DNA of 64,000 bases from assembly GCF_006345805.1 (NCBI RefSeq), contig NC_043000.1, positions 77,314,001 through 77,378,000 of the forward strand. The letters run 5' to 3'. Shown in pieces: positions 1-13,600 of this stretch. Position numbers and translations under genes: made by a program. The notes under the pieces were generated by a model that saw only the letters and a program-made list of their open reading frames with translations, did no database searches and had not been told where the DNA came from. Each line of letters begins with the position of its first letter. The stretch's first letter is position 1. The stretch is from Octopus sinensis. Lineage: Eukaryota.

Positions 1-286
1 TACAGACAAGAATACCTGTAATGTAATTCTCAAGAGGAACCAGCATTGCATACAATGCAACAAGGCCGGATGCTTGAATCACAGGTGTAATCCATTAGAC
101 GGACTTCTACACGATTTCACTCTTTCATTTACAAGGGAATCAATTCGATGCTATGTAAAATGACACTTGACCAAGATTCTACGCAGCGGAATCTCCCGAT
201 TGCAGAGCAGACTTCTCAACCATTCGGCTATACATGCTGTCTGTCTGTCTGTATGTATATATGTATGTGTGTATGTTCTCATCTAT

Positions 287-810
287 TTTTAATTATTTGA
301 TGTCTTCTTGTAAGGAAGGAGCTGGTTTCTGGAATGTACATAAAAAACCCCCCCCAAAAAACAAACATGACACATTTTCAGGTTGAGAAAAGTTTTGCAT
401 ATTTTTACTGTTCTGTTTACAGATTGTATATATAACGTGTGTCAGCTGGTTAATTTCTTGTTTTTTTAAAAAAAATTCTAACTTAATCGTTTCTTCACAA
501 AACCAATTATTGTTGGTATAAATGTCAACTTATAACCTGAATATAGAAAATGAAAATTTCAGAGTAGTTGTCCATAGTTATCCCTTTTCTCGTTGATTTT
601 CTGAGATATTCACATTAGCAGGGCATCTGATTGCTATGATTATACATACTTGTTCTTGTCAATCCGAAACAACGATATCCGGCCTGTTATGTTTGCACTT
701 GGTAGAAGTCTTGATGGGAATATTCCAACGATATTTCTTGTGTTGATGTATATGTGTGTATTCAATAACAAAGGAATTCTCTATATTTATCTCAGAGTAG
801 TCTTTTTTTT
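287..810 (-). mobile_element. R4/Dong-like RLE LINE, decayed 3' end
   Basis: Minus strand reads ..NIPIKTSTKCKHNRPDIVV.. (plus strand about 667-730), the PD motif of the restriction-like endonuclease. The 3' UTR end matches those at about 3685 and 59635, and (GTAT)n lies just beyond it. Confidence 0.75.
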
Positions 811-854
811 CGGATGACACTAAATTGTTTCGGCAACTACGTCATGTCACATTA

Positions 855-1301
855 AGCTTAATGGTAAAGCACTTGACGCGTAATCACAGGGATGTGAGTT
901 CGAGTCTCATGGCTGACTGCTGACAGATTTTTCTGCAAAATATGGATAGTTTATCCTGTTCATGCTGTATTATTAGCATTATTCTGCATTGGAGAATAAA
1001 ATTATTTCCTTATCTGTATCTTTCAACACATCTCAACGTTTCTACAGCAAATTTTATTGACTTTCAACGTTAGTTGAATTTAACGTAAGATAGTGTCTTA
1101 TAAAGCTAGATTTATATATCCTAATTTGCAGTTTAGCTTAATGGTAAAACACTTGACAATTAATCATAGAGATGTGAGTTCGAATCTCATGGCTGACTGC
1201 CGACAGATTTTTCTGCAAAATATGGATAGTTTATCCTGTTCATGCTATATTATTAGCATTATCCTGCGTTTGAGAATAAAATTATTTCCTTATCTGTATC
1301 T
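855..1301 (+). repeat. Two tandem copies (period 280 bp) of a tRNA-derived SINE-like unit of about 167 bp
   Basis: 855-1021 and 1135-1301 both start agcttaatggtaaa(g/a)cacttgac..gatgtgagttcga(g/a)tctcatggctg (A-box and B-box-like) and share the downstream body. Confidence 0.7.
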
Positions 1302-2657
1302 ATATATAAAGATATATACAAACACATATATACGAAGAAGTGCTGAAAGGTTACTGTCTTTAAGGGTGTCACGAAACGCCTGGGTGGAGGCCCGACCTTC
1401 CAAGTTCGTTTACAGGGCTTAGAAAAACTGAAGGACCACTGGAATAAGTGTGTGAATCTGAGAGGAGAATATGTTGAATAAAATCATAATTAACTGATCC
1501 ACCTGTATTTTCTTTTACCCAAAGCCAAGAACTCGTATGTCAAGAAATTAGACGGTAAAAATCATATTAAGGAGATGAAATAATTAGCTCAATGATTAAA
1601 TTTTGTCAAGATATAAAAGGATGACAACCTTGAAATTACTAAAAAAGTATATAACGGGAATTGAGTCTAATCGTTGGAAACTGCATGGACAACTCTTTCA
1701 GACATGTTTCCATCATGTTAGTCATTACTGAAGTATTGTCTCACTATTACTTCCAAAACTGAGATTATTAACAGATATATATACAATAACAATACGTGTC
1801 AATTAAATTGTTTTAACGAAAATACGAAATGGAAAGCCCCCCCTCCTCTCTCTCGAGATCTGAACTCAAAGATATTAAATATGGAATTACATAACAACAA
1901 GAGAAAATAAGTTCATATACAATTACTTCTAACCTGTTCCTTTTATTTTCGCAACATCAAAACAGAAAGTACTAAATGAAAATTGAACCTATATTCACCG
2001 GATACATAATCAAAGGCAGTCATAAAATTCTAAGAAAAACATCCTAAAAAGAATAGGAAAAAAATATAAATAGTTAAAAAGAGAACATCGTAGACATTTT
2101 CTCAGATAAAGTGGAAATACCAAATTCGAAATGGCAAGAGAGAGAATTAAGACTTCCAAATTATAAAGCTCTTTTTTTATCATCAAAGATATTTCAATAA
2201 AAAAATCATTGAAGATTTTTGTAATGAGAATTTTGGGAAAATTTTCAGCAATTTTTCTGAAGATTTATTTACATCGAAAGGGGATTGCGTAAAAATTTAG
2301 TTATTACTTGCTTGAAATTCATTTTCCATCGCTATACGACTTCCGTCTAATATAAAGTAGACAACATTTATCATGGCGTCCCATTGTATGGCGTGTTTTA
2401 TTCATCAGGTTTGAATCAGTGATGTAAGAGAAAGTTTCGCATTTCTCCAAACAGCAACATGAAATTCGCTATTGATGGTTTTTCTTTAGGAGAAAATGAA
2501 AAGAAGCACTCAATGAAATATATAATTGATATACCTTGTTAGTATCTATATCGGCACGAAAACAAGTTTCTGAAGCGAAAACTGTCTCCATTTTACACGC
2601 ACAGTCACGCACGCACGAACAAACACGCCCACAGACACTCACACACACACACACACA

Positions 2658-2704
<47 letters not shown>

Positions 2705-2911
2705 GCTACGTATATTCACTTTGGGTGTATATTATATTTATGTGAGCATATAAAATATAATTTATATAAATACGTACGTGTATATATATATATATATATA
2801 TATATTGTATGTATATATGTATGCATATAAATGTGCATAAATGTATATATCTAAAAAATATGTACATATATATATATATATACACACATATGTATGCATA
2901 TACATATATGC

Positions 2912-2952
<41 letters not shown>

Positions 2953-3091
2953 GCTAGCTAGCTAGCCATCTGTCTGTCTGTCTGTCTATATGTGTATTTG
3001 TCTGTCTATATATGTGTTTATGTATATTTGTATATGTATATATACATGTGAGTGTGCGTATGTCTGAGTGCGTAAATAGTGACTAGATGTT

Positions 3092-3126
<35 letters not shown>

Positions 3127-3684
3127 GTACGTGTGTGCGTGTGTATGTGTATGTTTGAATGGGTATAGTTGTGTGTATAGGGCAGTGTGTCTGTATGTCT
3201 ATCCTGATGAAAGTACAACCATGCAGTTTTGTTTGACAAGAAGCTTGATAAATCATTTCGATTTGTGTGTAGATTTACCAAAAAGAAAAAGAAAAAGGAA
3301 AAAGAAACCGGAATAACCAAATACTATTGCAATGACATTTACATTGACAACTTTTTCTCTTAGTTTTCTTATGTATTTGTCAAGAAAACCGTTGCCTCTG
3401 TTATTGTTATTCAGCTTAAAACCACAACAACGTGTTTTATATTCTTTGCTAATAGCTCCATAGTAACTGAAATAATGTCTGTGTTTATTCCCATGTAACA
3501 ACATGTATGTATTATTGCTATATGATGGCATTATATAGCAGCTTCACTTGCTATCATTGTAATGCGAAGGTATTATATCGTAACTTCAGTTGATATTAAT
3601 ATGACACTGTAGTAATGTATGTATGTATGTATGTATGTATGTATGTATGTATGTATGTATGTATGTATGTATGTATGTATGTAT

Positions 3685-5880
3685 TTTCTCTTCTGCTTTT
3701 AATTATTTAAATTCTTTTGGGAAAGGAGTTGGTTCCTAACATCAGAACTCCATTGGTTACGAAAACGAGGGTTCCAGTTGATCCGATCAATGGAACAGCT
3801 TACTCGTGGCCTTAACGTGCATGTGTCTAAATACTCCACCGACATATGTACCCTTAACATAGTTTTCAGAGAGGGTCAGCATGTCACAGAAAGAGACAAG
3901 GCTGGCCATTTGAATGACAGGTACTATTCATTTTTGCTAGCTGAATGGACTGGAGCAACGTGAAATAGTGTCTTGCACAATGACACAACCCGACGCCGGT
4001 AATTGAACTCATGACCTCGAAGTTACAAAGCTCTATCCTTATCACAATTTAATCTTGAGAAAAGTCTTGCATATTTTTACTGTTCCACTTACAGATTGTA
4101 TTTGCAATGTGCGAGTTAGTTGGTTGATTTCTTCTTCTGAAAACCCTAGCTTATCCACAATAGTCACTTAGGTATTTACTCACATGCTTTTTCTTGTCTG
4201 TTCCAAACAATGTCCGGCCTGTTATGCTTACACGCGACAGATGTTTTGATGAGAATATTCCATCAGTATTCCTTGTGCTGATATTCGTGTATGTTTTTAA
4301 TAAGAGGGAGATTTTCTATATTTTATTCCTGGACAGTCTTTTGTTCTGAATGGCATTGTATATTGTTTTTGCGACAACAATGTGTTGCATTGAGAAGTAA
4401 TATCTTGATGATATTTTTGCGCAGCAGCTAATCACATATGTGATGTTTTCCACAAAAATATGACAATCTACATTTTCGGTTGCATCTTAGAGTTCCAAGA
4501 GCTTCACTGTCTTTTTTGTTTATTAGTTATTTTATGGCAATCTCCTGTTCTTGGATAGCTTTCGTAGTGTGATGTAATGGAGCGGTCAGGATCTTTTGAG
4601 AGACTACACTTCACGTCGATATTACTGCTTTTTTATAAATCTTCGGGAAACATATTCGTGCACAGTTTTTAATCTTGGCATGCTGAGCGTTTCACATCCA
4701 GGTTTTCTTTGAGGTATATTAGTCCAGCTGTTTTGGGATTGCATGGGACGTCATCAGGAAGAGAGTGCTTCCCGAGGAGTTCACTGCCGACACGTAAGGT
4801 ATTGCTCTCTTAGCTTTTCAGCACCAAGTTAATGGATCTATTTTTGCTGATGCTGTTTAGGGAGTGCTCTCTGAGGGACACCATGTTGACATTCGAAGGC
4901 TGTTTGCACTGATTTCAATCCTCCACCCACTTCAGCTCTTCCTAGGTTGAACCTGTCGATATCAGTATAATTGTGGAGGTTTCCAGTTGATGTCAGTATC
5001 TTACAGGCTTTAACGGCTATGGAGAGGATTTTCTCTAGAGACCAGTCAAGTATCTCAAACGTTGGAATCAGCACTAGTAGTGCAAATGCATTGTGGGATA
5101 TTGTCTTATAGGAGAAGAATTCTGACTAATATATTTTTCAAAGTCTGGCATAATATTCCCGGGTCACTCTATCTTTATTCACAGTACCTTCGTATGATAT
5201 ATTTTTGTCAGTGCCTAAGTACTTGTAGCATTCTTTGTGTGGGACACGTGAGATAGTGAGATCATTGATTCACTGGTTTTGGGAGACTGATTTCCCACGT
5301 TCAACAATCAAATATGAACATTTCTTTTGGCCAAATTCCATTCCTGTGTCAGCTGAAAATGTTATTAATTCCAAATGTTTTTTGGCAATATTAACATTTT
5401 TAGCATAAATTTGAAGTCATCTACCAAGAAATGATCGGCTACACTAATATCTCTAGCAGTTGCAGACCCTAGCATGTAGCCGTTTGATTTTTATAGCAGG
5501 AATGATAATGGATTTAATGTTGAAATGAACAGAATAACAGAAAGACTATCTCCATGCAATATTCCTTTTGAAATATTTATAACAAAGGACAGAATCGTTC
5601 CGTTCTCAGTTCTAAGAGTGAGAATTGTTTCCCGGGTCTCTGTGAGTTTGTCAATAGCAGCAATTCAGTTTTGCCAAATGTTGATACTTCAACAGCAATA
5701 AGTAGGGAATAGAGTCAAATGCCTTCCTATAATCAAGCTATACTGTTGCAAGGCTCTTACGGTGTTTTTTCTCTTCAAACTGTACAACTGTGTTTATCAA
5801 AAGTTGTTCGGCACATTCCCACACTCCCTTCTTTCCTCCAGCCTGTTCATCAGTCACTATATCATTGGACTCACAATGAT
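3685..5880 (-). mobile_element. R4/Dong-like RLE LINE (RT to RLE to 3' UTR), 5'-truncated and decayed, interrupted by a SINE
   Basis: Minus-strand motifs: DYRKAFDSIP (about 5705-5735), FLVDDFK (degenerate YxDD, about 5410-5435), DIDRFNLGRAEVGGGLKS (ORF 4838-5074), KHNRPDI (about 4210-4230). The 3' end abuts (GTAT)n at 3616-3683. Confidence 0.85.
3770..4040 (-). mobile_element. tRNA-derived SINE nested in the Dong-like LINE
   Basis: Reverse complement of gtgtcttgcacaatgacacaacc..gaactcatgacct is a tRNA-like head followed by a CORE-like segment. It splits the LINE 3' region. Confidence 0.6.
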
Positions 5881-5916
5881 CCTGGAGGAATTGATTGTGA
5901 CACCTTGTACATAATA

Positions 5917-6315
5917 TTCTTTTCTACTCTAGGCACAAGGCCCGAAATTTTGGGGGAGGTGCCCAGTCGATTAGATCGACCCCAGTACGCAACTGGTACT
6001 TGATTTATCGGCCCCGAAAAGATTAAAGGTAAAGTCAACCTCGGCGGAATTTGAACTCAGAACGTAAAGACAGACGAAATACCTATTTCTTTACTACCCA
6101 CAAGGGGCTAAACACAGAGAGGACAAACAAGGACAGACAAACGGATTAAGTCGATTATATCGACCCCAGTGCGTAACTGGTACTTATTTAATCGATCCCG
6201 AAAGGATGAAAGGCAAAGTCGACCTCGGCGGAATTTGAACTCAGAACGTAGCGGCAGACAAAATACCGCTAAGCATTTTGCCTTGTGTACTAACGTTTCT
6301 GCCAGCTCGCCGCCT
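5917..6315 (-). mobile_element. Dimeric tRNA-derived SINE (family B, head ggcggcgagctggcagaa)
   Basis: Head at 6315. The block gagttcaaattccgccgaggt(c/t)gacttt(g/a)ccttt(c/a)atc(c/t)tttcggg occurs twice (about 6000-6060 and 6180-6245). Confidence 0.85.
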
Positions 6316-6539
6316 TAGATTCTACATAATATTTTGGTATACTACAGGCCTATAGTTTTCTGCCTACTCGATGGTATCATCCTTGGCTATAAATTTTGTC
6401 CTTGCCATAGCAAGTCAATCTGATATATCAATCTGAGCTTCCATAGTGTTTTTGAATGTACATATTAGTGGTTTTCGGGAAAATGTCAACCTTAACTATT
6501 TCTCCTTTTCCATGAGTTTCTACCATTAGATACTGGATT

Positions 6540-7330
6540 TGTCATGGGCCCAAATCTTCATCGTCCCTGCCTCAGATTACGTTCATTAAACAGACGCCAG
6601 TATATCGGCACCATCTTTCTTACCAACAAACAATTCAGTCCCTCTATTACCTTCGCTAATCCCTTCTACCCTGCTTTAGAATTCATATCTATCAACTCTA
6701 CCACCACTGTTAACTTTCTGGACATCTGTGTTTCAATTGACTATCGAATACCTCCATCTCTGTTTTCTACAATTCTACTGACCACCACTTCTACCTCAAT
6801 GTCACCTTATCCCTACTTCCACACAAAATCAGTTATTCCCAACTCATAATCCCGCTGTTTTTGTCGCCTTTGTGTGGTTCACTTCTGAGGTTATCCTCAA
6901 CCAGTAGTTGATACTAATCACAGTTGAATCCTCATTCCGCATACTCAACTTGTTTATCCTATACCTGTTCCATCATCAGCTACATTTTTTTCCTCTTTAC
7001 CTTACATCTCATTACCTGACATCTTCAATGCACCATCATACGCCCTTTTTGTCTTCTCCAGCCTGACCTTGCTACCTCAAACAACTTTTCTGAACCATTT
7101 TCCCCTTCCTTCTGACGCGGTTGCAGGTTGGAAGCCTTCTAATCCACAGTTTTTTCACTCCTCATCCCAGCAAACTTAGATACTTTCGATATTTCTCTCA
7201 CTCATTGCAACATCAATTTATAGCGGTCATGATATCAATACTATTTTACATGCACCTGAACTATCTTTCCATATCACATATCACTTCGCATAAATCTCAA
7301 AAAATGTCGTTTGCAGCATTATAACGTGAT
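6540..7330 (+). mobile_element. Penelope-like element fragment, Neptune-type (RT C-terminus to start of GIY-YIG), decayed
   Basis: MGP..RQYIGTIF (degenerate RYIDDIF)..FYPALEF..TTVNFLDI..HTKSVIPNS, and later ..ISKNVVCSI. Confidence 0.7.
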
Positions 7331-7932
7331 TTTGGATTCACTAACGACTAAGAAAAATAGGACAGTCACAGCTGGAATGTTTTTGACTACAGATCTGTTT
7401 TGTTAGGGCTAACCTGGGCTAAATATTATCAACAACTTGACTTAATTTATAACTTACGCACCTCGTAGCTCCTCTCACACAGATATACCTCACACATCAT
7501 TTCACCACTTCACCTTCTATGCATGCACTCCTCTTTGCTAAAAACAAAACAAGCGATCATACATTTTACTACCAATCGCTGTCCGATGATCTCTGCAGAT
7601 ATGTGAATCTCAATGCATACCTGCGCATCATCTTCCTGGGCATTGTAAGACCTCTTTGCAGTAGGTGTTGACACTAGATAGACCGCCTGACTAGCGGAAA
7701 TTGTCCATTTTACAAGGAGCGAAAACGCATATTCTTCAATCTGATAAGGTGCATCTTTAGACAAGTGAAGGTGGTCAGGCAGTACTGCATCAATCAGCAG
7801 ATAAAGGCATTAGCTACTACTACTTTCAGGGTCAGTTTCCATGAAAGAATAAAGAAATGAGTTAAGAATGTTTGGACAAACGTTACTTTACAACCCACGT
7901 TGAATATTCTCAACCCCTTTATAAAGAGGTAT

Positions 7933-8006
<74 letters not shown>

Positions 8007-8600
8007 AAAGATAGACGGTATCACCATTAAGTAATCGTTAAAGAAAATATTCACTGGCAGAGATCAGTGAAGTGTGTATGTTCATAGTAAACAATAATAT
8101 CAGCAGCAACACTCGTAGCAGCAGCAGCATCACCGCCACCACCACTATCATCACCATCACCACTTCCGCCGCCGCCAGCAGTAGAAATAATGTTAGCTAA
8201 CTAAAGTAAAAAGAAACCCCTGGAAGAAACACGATTTTATTGTCAGGAATGGAGTATAAGCGAATCCAAAGACACAGTTTTCAGTGATGTGACAGTTGCA
8301 AAAATATTTATAAAACCTCTTTCCCTCAGTTTGCGTACATGTACGCACGTGTGTGTGTACTCCTAGGGTTAAAAATCATGTTTACTAATCCTTTACCGCC
8401 ACTACTGGCAGTAATACCCCACTACACTCAACTACAAACATTACTAATACAACTGTCACCACCACAACAAACAATATTACCCCATTCTCCTGTCACTCCT
8501 CACTATTTACCATTCGCTGCAGGTGTCACCTGGATACCTTTGTGTGTATTGACAACCATAACTCTATTGACATCTCTTTTTCATCTCCGCCTATCACCTA

Positions 8601-8677
<77 letters not shown>

Positions 8678-8698
8678 GTCTGTCTGTCTGTCTGTCTA

Positions 8699-8737
<39 letters not shown>

Positions 8738-8740
8738 GCC
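8601..8740 (+). repeat. (TATC)n then (TGTC)n microsatellite directly 5' of Tx1 copy 1
   Basis: Read directly from the sequence. Confidence 0.95.
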
Positions 8741-10643
8741 TAATTCGCGTAAATGGACATCTATCGAGACCTTTCGACATTGCACGTTCGGTCCGTCAGG
8801 GATTCCCCCTCTCGGCGCTTCTATACGTATTGACCCTTGAGCCACTACTGCGGAAGCTGGCGACTCTGAGGGGCATCCCGAAGAATTGGGATGCGGGACG
8901 AGCGTGTCTGCATACGCGGACGACGTCACCGTCATAGTGTCAAGCCACGGGCTCATCGAGCGGGTCGGCGAGACACTGAATGACTACGAAGCGGTGACAG
9001 GAGCAAAAATCAACCGGGAAAAGTCAGTGGGCTTGCGACTAGGCACCTGGAGAAGCAAGCCCATGCCGTCCACCAGCGCCTCCGTCGTGGGACGCTGGAC
9101 AGAAGGCCCGGTTGAGTTGCTCGGGGTTTGGTTCGGTCCGGACCTCCAAATGGTGAAGAACTGGAACGAGATAACGAGTAGGGTGGTCACTCTCGCCCAG
9201 CAATGGGCCGAGAGGAAACTGTCCCTAAAATTTCGGGCGGAGGTGGCGAACACGTACATCGCGTCCATCAACTACTACCGCCTGACCGTCGTACCTTGTC
9301 CCGACCCTACCATCACCAAACTAGAACGCATTCTCTTCCGCTTCTTGTGGAAAGGATGCGTCCCGATGGTCAGGCGATCCATTTGCTGTCAACACCCGTT
9401 AAAAGGAGGACTGGGCATGCGCAGACACGCGCTGAGACTGCGACATCTCAGGCTCCATATAGACGACGGTGAACAGGTGTGGTCGCCGTTTGTGAGGCAC
9501 GCATTCCTGCAGCTCGTCTCCATGACCGAACTGCAGTCGTGGATCAAAAAGAGGTCGAGGAAGGGCGAATGGCACCGCGAGTGTCGTGTTGCTCTCAAGC
9601 AACTCTGCCGCCCCGGGTCGACCTTGAGTGACTTCATCACAACCAAAGCATTCTATAGGGGATTAGTGGAGTGGAGGTACGACGACGATCTCGGGGCAAA
9701 CCTGGGCGTCGACGAGGAATACCTGACCCGCCTGTTTCAAACGACTTTCGGCCCGGGACCTATGGACAACTTCCAGAGATCCCTGGCCTGGCAGTGCTAC
9801 CGAGAAGCGCTACCCGTTCGGGAGAAACACGGGGCCGACCTGCCCGAGATACGGTCAGAGCGACGAAACCTCTCTGCACGCAATCGTGCAGTGTCCAGCA
9901 ATTTCCGACCTGTGGGCTTATGTCGAACGACTGCTGTCACGTGTGGGACGTGTCGGTTTATCAGCCGAGTCTATCGTTAATATCGTCACGCCTCCTTCCT
10001 TCAAACGGGAAGGAAGAGCTATTTTTATCATACTTGTGGCTATGGCGAAAGAATGTATCTGGTGGACGCGCCTGAAAGGATTAGAGACAAACACTTTCCT
10101 CTCTGGTCAATCTCTCATCAACTTCTTCAAGTATCACTTGAAGAGGAAAGTGAGAGTAGAGAGGCAAATTTTGTCTAGTGAATGTTTTAAAAAAAGATGG
10201 GTGAATGTAGCAAGGATGGCACGTATGAATGACGAAGCCACCTTGACTATGATTCTATGAACCGTAAAAATTAATACAGAGAGTTACTTATTTGCAAAAA
10301 AAAAAAAGAAATATAACATGTGACTTCATTGACCGAGGTTACCGTAGTCTTTTCCGTAGGCTTTTCTTTCCACGGGTAAACCTCACCTGTCCTCCCCTTT
10401 ACACTTCATATTGACATTTCCGTGATTACGATCCCTATTGATCAACTTTTTTTTTCTTCTCCCCTTTTCTTTTTTCCCCTCTCCCCCGCTTTTTTTAATC
10501 CTCCCCTTTTTTTGTCCTCTTTCTTTCCTTTTACGATCCATTTTGATCGAAAACCAACCCCCTTTTTTTTACCCCCAAAAGAAAAGCTCTACCTTGTAAT
10601 TTGTTCTGTCTGTGTGCAGCCCTGTGTGGCTAATAAAGAAACA
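8741..10643 (+). mobile_element. Tx1/L1-clade LINE copy 1, 5'-truncated within RT
   Basis: YADD motif in ORF 8886-9980. C-terminal KRWVNVARM tail (ORF 9886-10260), pyrimidine-rich 3' UTR, AATAAA at 10632, then (TATC)n 10644-10664. The start aligns to 12435 of copy 2. Confidence 0.93.
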
Positions 10644-10664
10644 TATCTATCTATCTATCTATCT

Positions 10665-13600
10665 GACCAGACTCCCCAATCCGCGGGCCCTAAAGACTAT
10701 GTTTGGCGGACAGTTCAACATTTATTTTCCCCCCCTGTCTGCCAAGAATGGGCGGTAGTGGCACCGTGGTACTTTTTCGCAAGAGTCTGGATCTCAAAGT
10801 AAGGACAATATTTGTAGACTCGGAAAGTAGACTGGTCGTCCTGGATGTCGACAGCAGCAATGGGTGCGCTTTTCGACACGTATCAGTCTACGCACCGCCC
10901 TTAACAGGTCGGGCGGATTTCTTTCAACGTCTAGAAGTATTCTTGGGAACGTCTCGTCCTTTACTCTTAGTGGGGGATTGGAATGCTACCTTGGACACAC
11001 ATGTAGACTACGTGGGTAGAGATAGGAATAGACGGGGATGCAAATGCCTCAGAGACCTGCTCAGACGCTTTCAACTGTCTGACAGTTTCCGACTAGACCA
11101 CCCGAATGCGCCAACGTGGACGTGGAGCAACCGCATCGGGTCGTCGAGATCGTATCTAGATAGGATACTGTGTAGGACAGTAGACAGAGATAGCATAGGA
11201 TGTCCACAATTCCACATAGTCAGCTACACGGATCACAAACTTGTGACTTGTACGCTAGACTTAGGTAAGACACTTAGGCAGGGTCCCGGATACTGGAAAC
11301 TAAACGCGTATTTCCCATCGAGACAGGTTTTCAGAGACCGGATTAGCACACTAGTAAAGAGGGCTTTGACGGGAGCCATCATCAACAACAAATGGTGGTT
11401 TGCCCTCAAGAGAGCAGTAAAAGCAGAAGCGATTAGGTACAGCAAAGCACTAGCCATGGATAGAAATAGAGTAGAGGGTGAGCTAGTTAAGAAGCTAGAA
11501 GAGGCAATTAGAAGCGGCATCGCATCCGACGTTTTGGCGGCGAGGTTGGCCCTCGACCAACACTTCAACGCCAAATACGAAGGATGTGCTGTCAGAGCTA
11601 GGATGCGTGCTCTAAGGAACGAAGGTGTTGGAGCCGCGAGAGAAGCCCGGGTGGCAGAGGCGCAACAGGGCAACAAAGCCACCATTCGGTCCCTGGTAGA
11701 TGAACAGGGGCGCGAATTGCTCGAGCCAAGTAAAATGTGTGAGGCCTTTCAACAGCATTTTGCCCGACTGTTCGGGACGAGTGGAGGGCAAGAACGTAGG
11801 GTGGACTTCAGTGCCTACCTACATAGCCTACCACGACTCTCGACAAGAGAGGCAGGGTGCTGCGAAGGTGCCATCACGGCGGCAGAAGTGCAGGACGCGA
11901 TGGCAGAATGCTCGAGGGACAAATCACCGGGTTTGGATGGTCTACCGTACGAGCTTTACAATTGTATGCCAGACTTGTTTGGAGATCTCTTGGCGGCGGT
12001 GTACTGCAACTGGCAGCAAAACGGGAGCATTCCTGGTTTTGTGAGCCGAGGAGCCGTAACACTGCTGAAGAAAGATCTAAACAAGGGAAATGTAATAGAT
12101 AACTTTAGGCCCATCACTCTGCTTAATGCAGACTTGGAAATTTTGGCCAAGGTGCTAGCCAAGAGGTTGGCGCTTGTCATCGAGAAACTGGTCGACAAGG
12201 CGCAAACATGCGCCGTGCCGGGCCGGACCATCCATGACAACCTCCACCTGATGCGCTACATCATAGACAGGGTAGTTAACGAACCTGGCATGGGTGGGGC
12301 GCTGATCAATTTGGATTAATCGAAAGCTTTCGATAGGGTGGACCATCGATACTTGGAGGCAGTCCTCAGAGCGGCTGGCTTCGGTCCTGTCTTCCGCGGC
12401 TGGATAGCCGCTTTGTACAGAGGCATCCGTTCGGTAATTCGCGTAAATGGACATCTATCGAGACCCTTCGACATCGCACGTTCGGTCCGTCAGGGATGCC
12501 CCGTCTCGTCGCTTCTATACGTATTGACTCTCGAGCCATTATTGCGGAAGCTGGCAACTTTGAGGGGCATCCTGCGAGAACTGGGATGCGGGACGAGCGT
12601 ATCTGCATACGCGGACGACGTCACCGTCATAGTGTCTAGCCACGAGCACATCGAGCAGGTCGGCGAGACACTGAAAAACTACGAAGCGGTGACAGGAGCA
12701 AAAATCAACCGGGAAAAGTCAGTGGGCTTGCGACTAGGCACCTGGAGAAGCAAGCCCATGCCGTCCACCGACGTGGGACGCTGGACCGACGGCCCGGTTG
12801 AGTTGCTCGGGGTCTGGTTCGGTCCGGACCTCCAAGTGGAGAAGAACTGGAACGAGATGACGAGTAGGGTGGTCACTCTCGCCCGGCAATGGGCCGAGAG
12901 GAAACTGTCCCTAAAAGGTCGGGCGGAGGTGGCGAACACGTACATCACGTCCGTCATCTACTACCGCCTGACCGTCGTGCCTTGTCCCGACCCTACCATC
13001 ACCAAACTAGAACGCATTCTCTTTCGCTTCTTGTGGAAAGGATGCGTCCCGATGGTCAGGCGATCCATTTGCTGTCAACACCCGTTAAAAGGAGGACTGG
13101 GCATGCCGTGGTTGATGATGCGCAGAAACGCGCTGAGACTGCGACATCTCAGGCTCTTCGTAGACGACGGTGAACAGGGGTGGTCGCCGTTTGTGAGGCA
13201 CGCTTTCCCGCAGCTCGTCTCCATGACCGAACTGCAGTCGTGGATCAAAAAGAGACCGAGGAAGGGCGAATGGCACCGCGAGTGTCGCGTTGCTCTCAAG
13301 CAACTCTGCCGTCCTGGGTCGACCTTGAGTGACTTCATCACAACCAAAGCATTCTATAGGGGATTAGTGGAGTGGAGGTACGACGACGATCTCGGGGCGA
13401 ACCTGGACGTTGACGAGGAGTACCTGACCCGCCTGTTCGGGACGACTTTCGGACCAGGGCCCATGGACAACTTCCAGAGATCCCTGGCCTGGCAGTGCTA
13501 CCGAGAAGCGCTACCCGTTCGGGATAAGCCCTACAGACACGGCTCGAGAAACACGGGGCCGACCTGCCCGAGATACGGTCAGAGCGACGAAACCGTTCTG

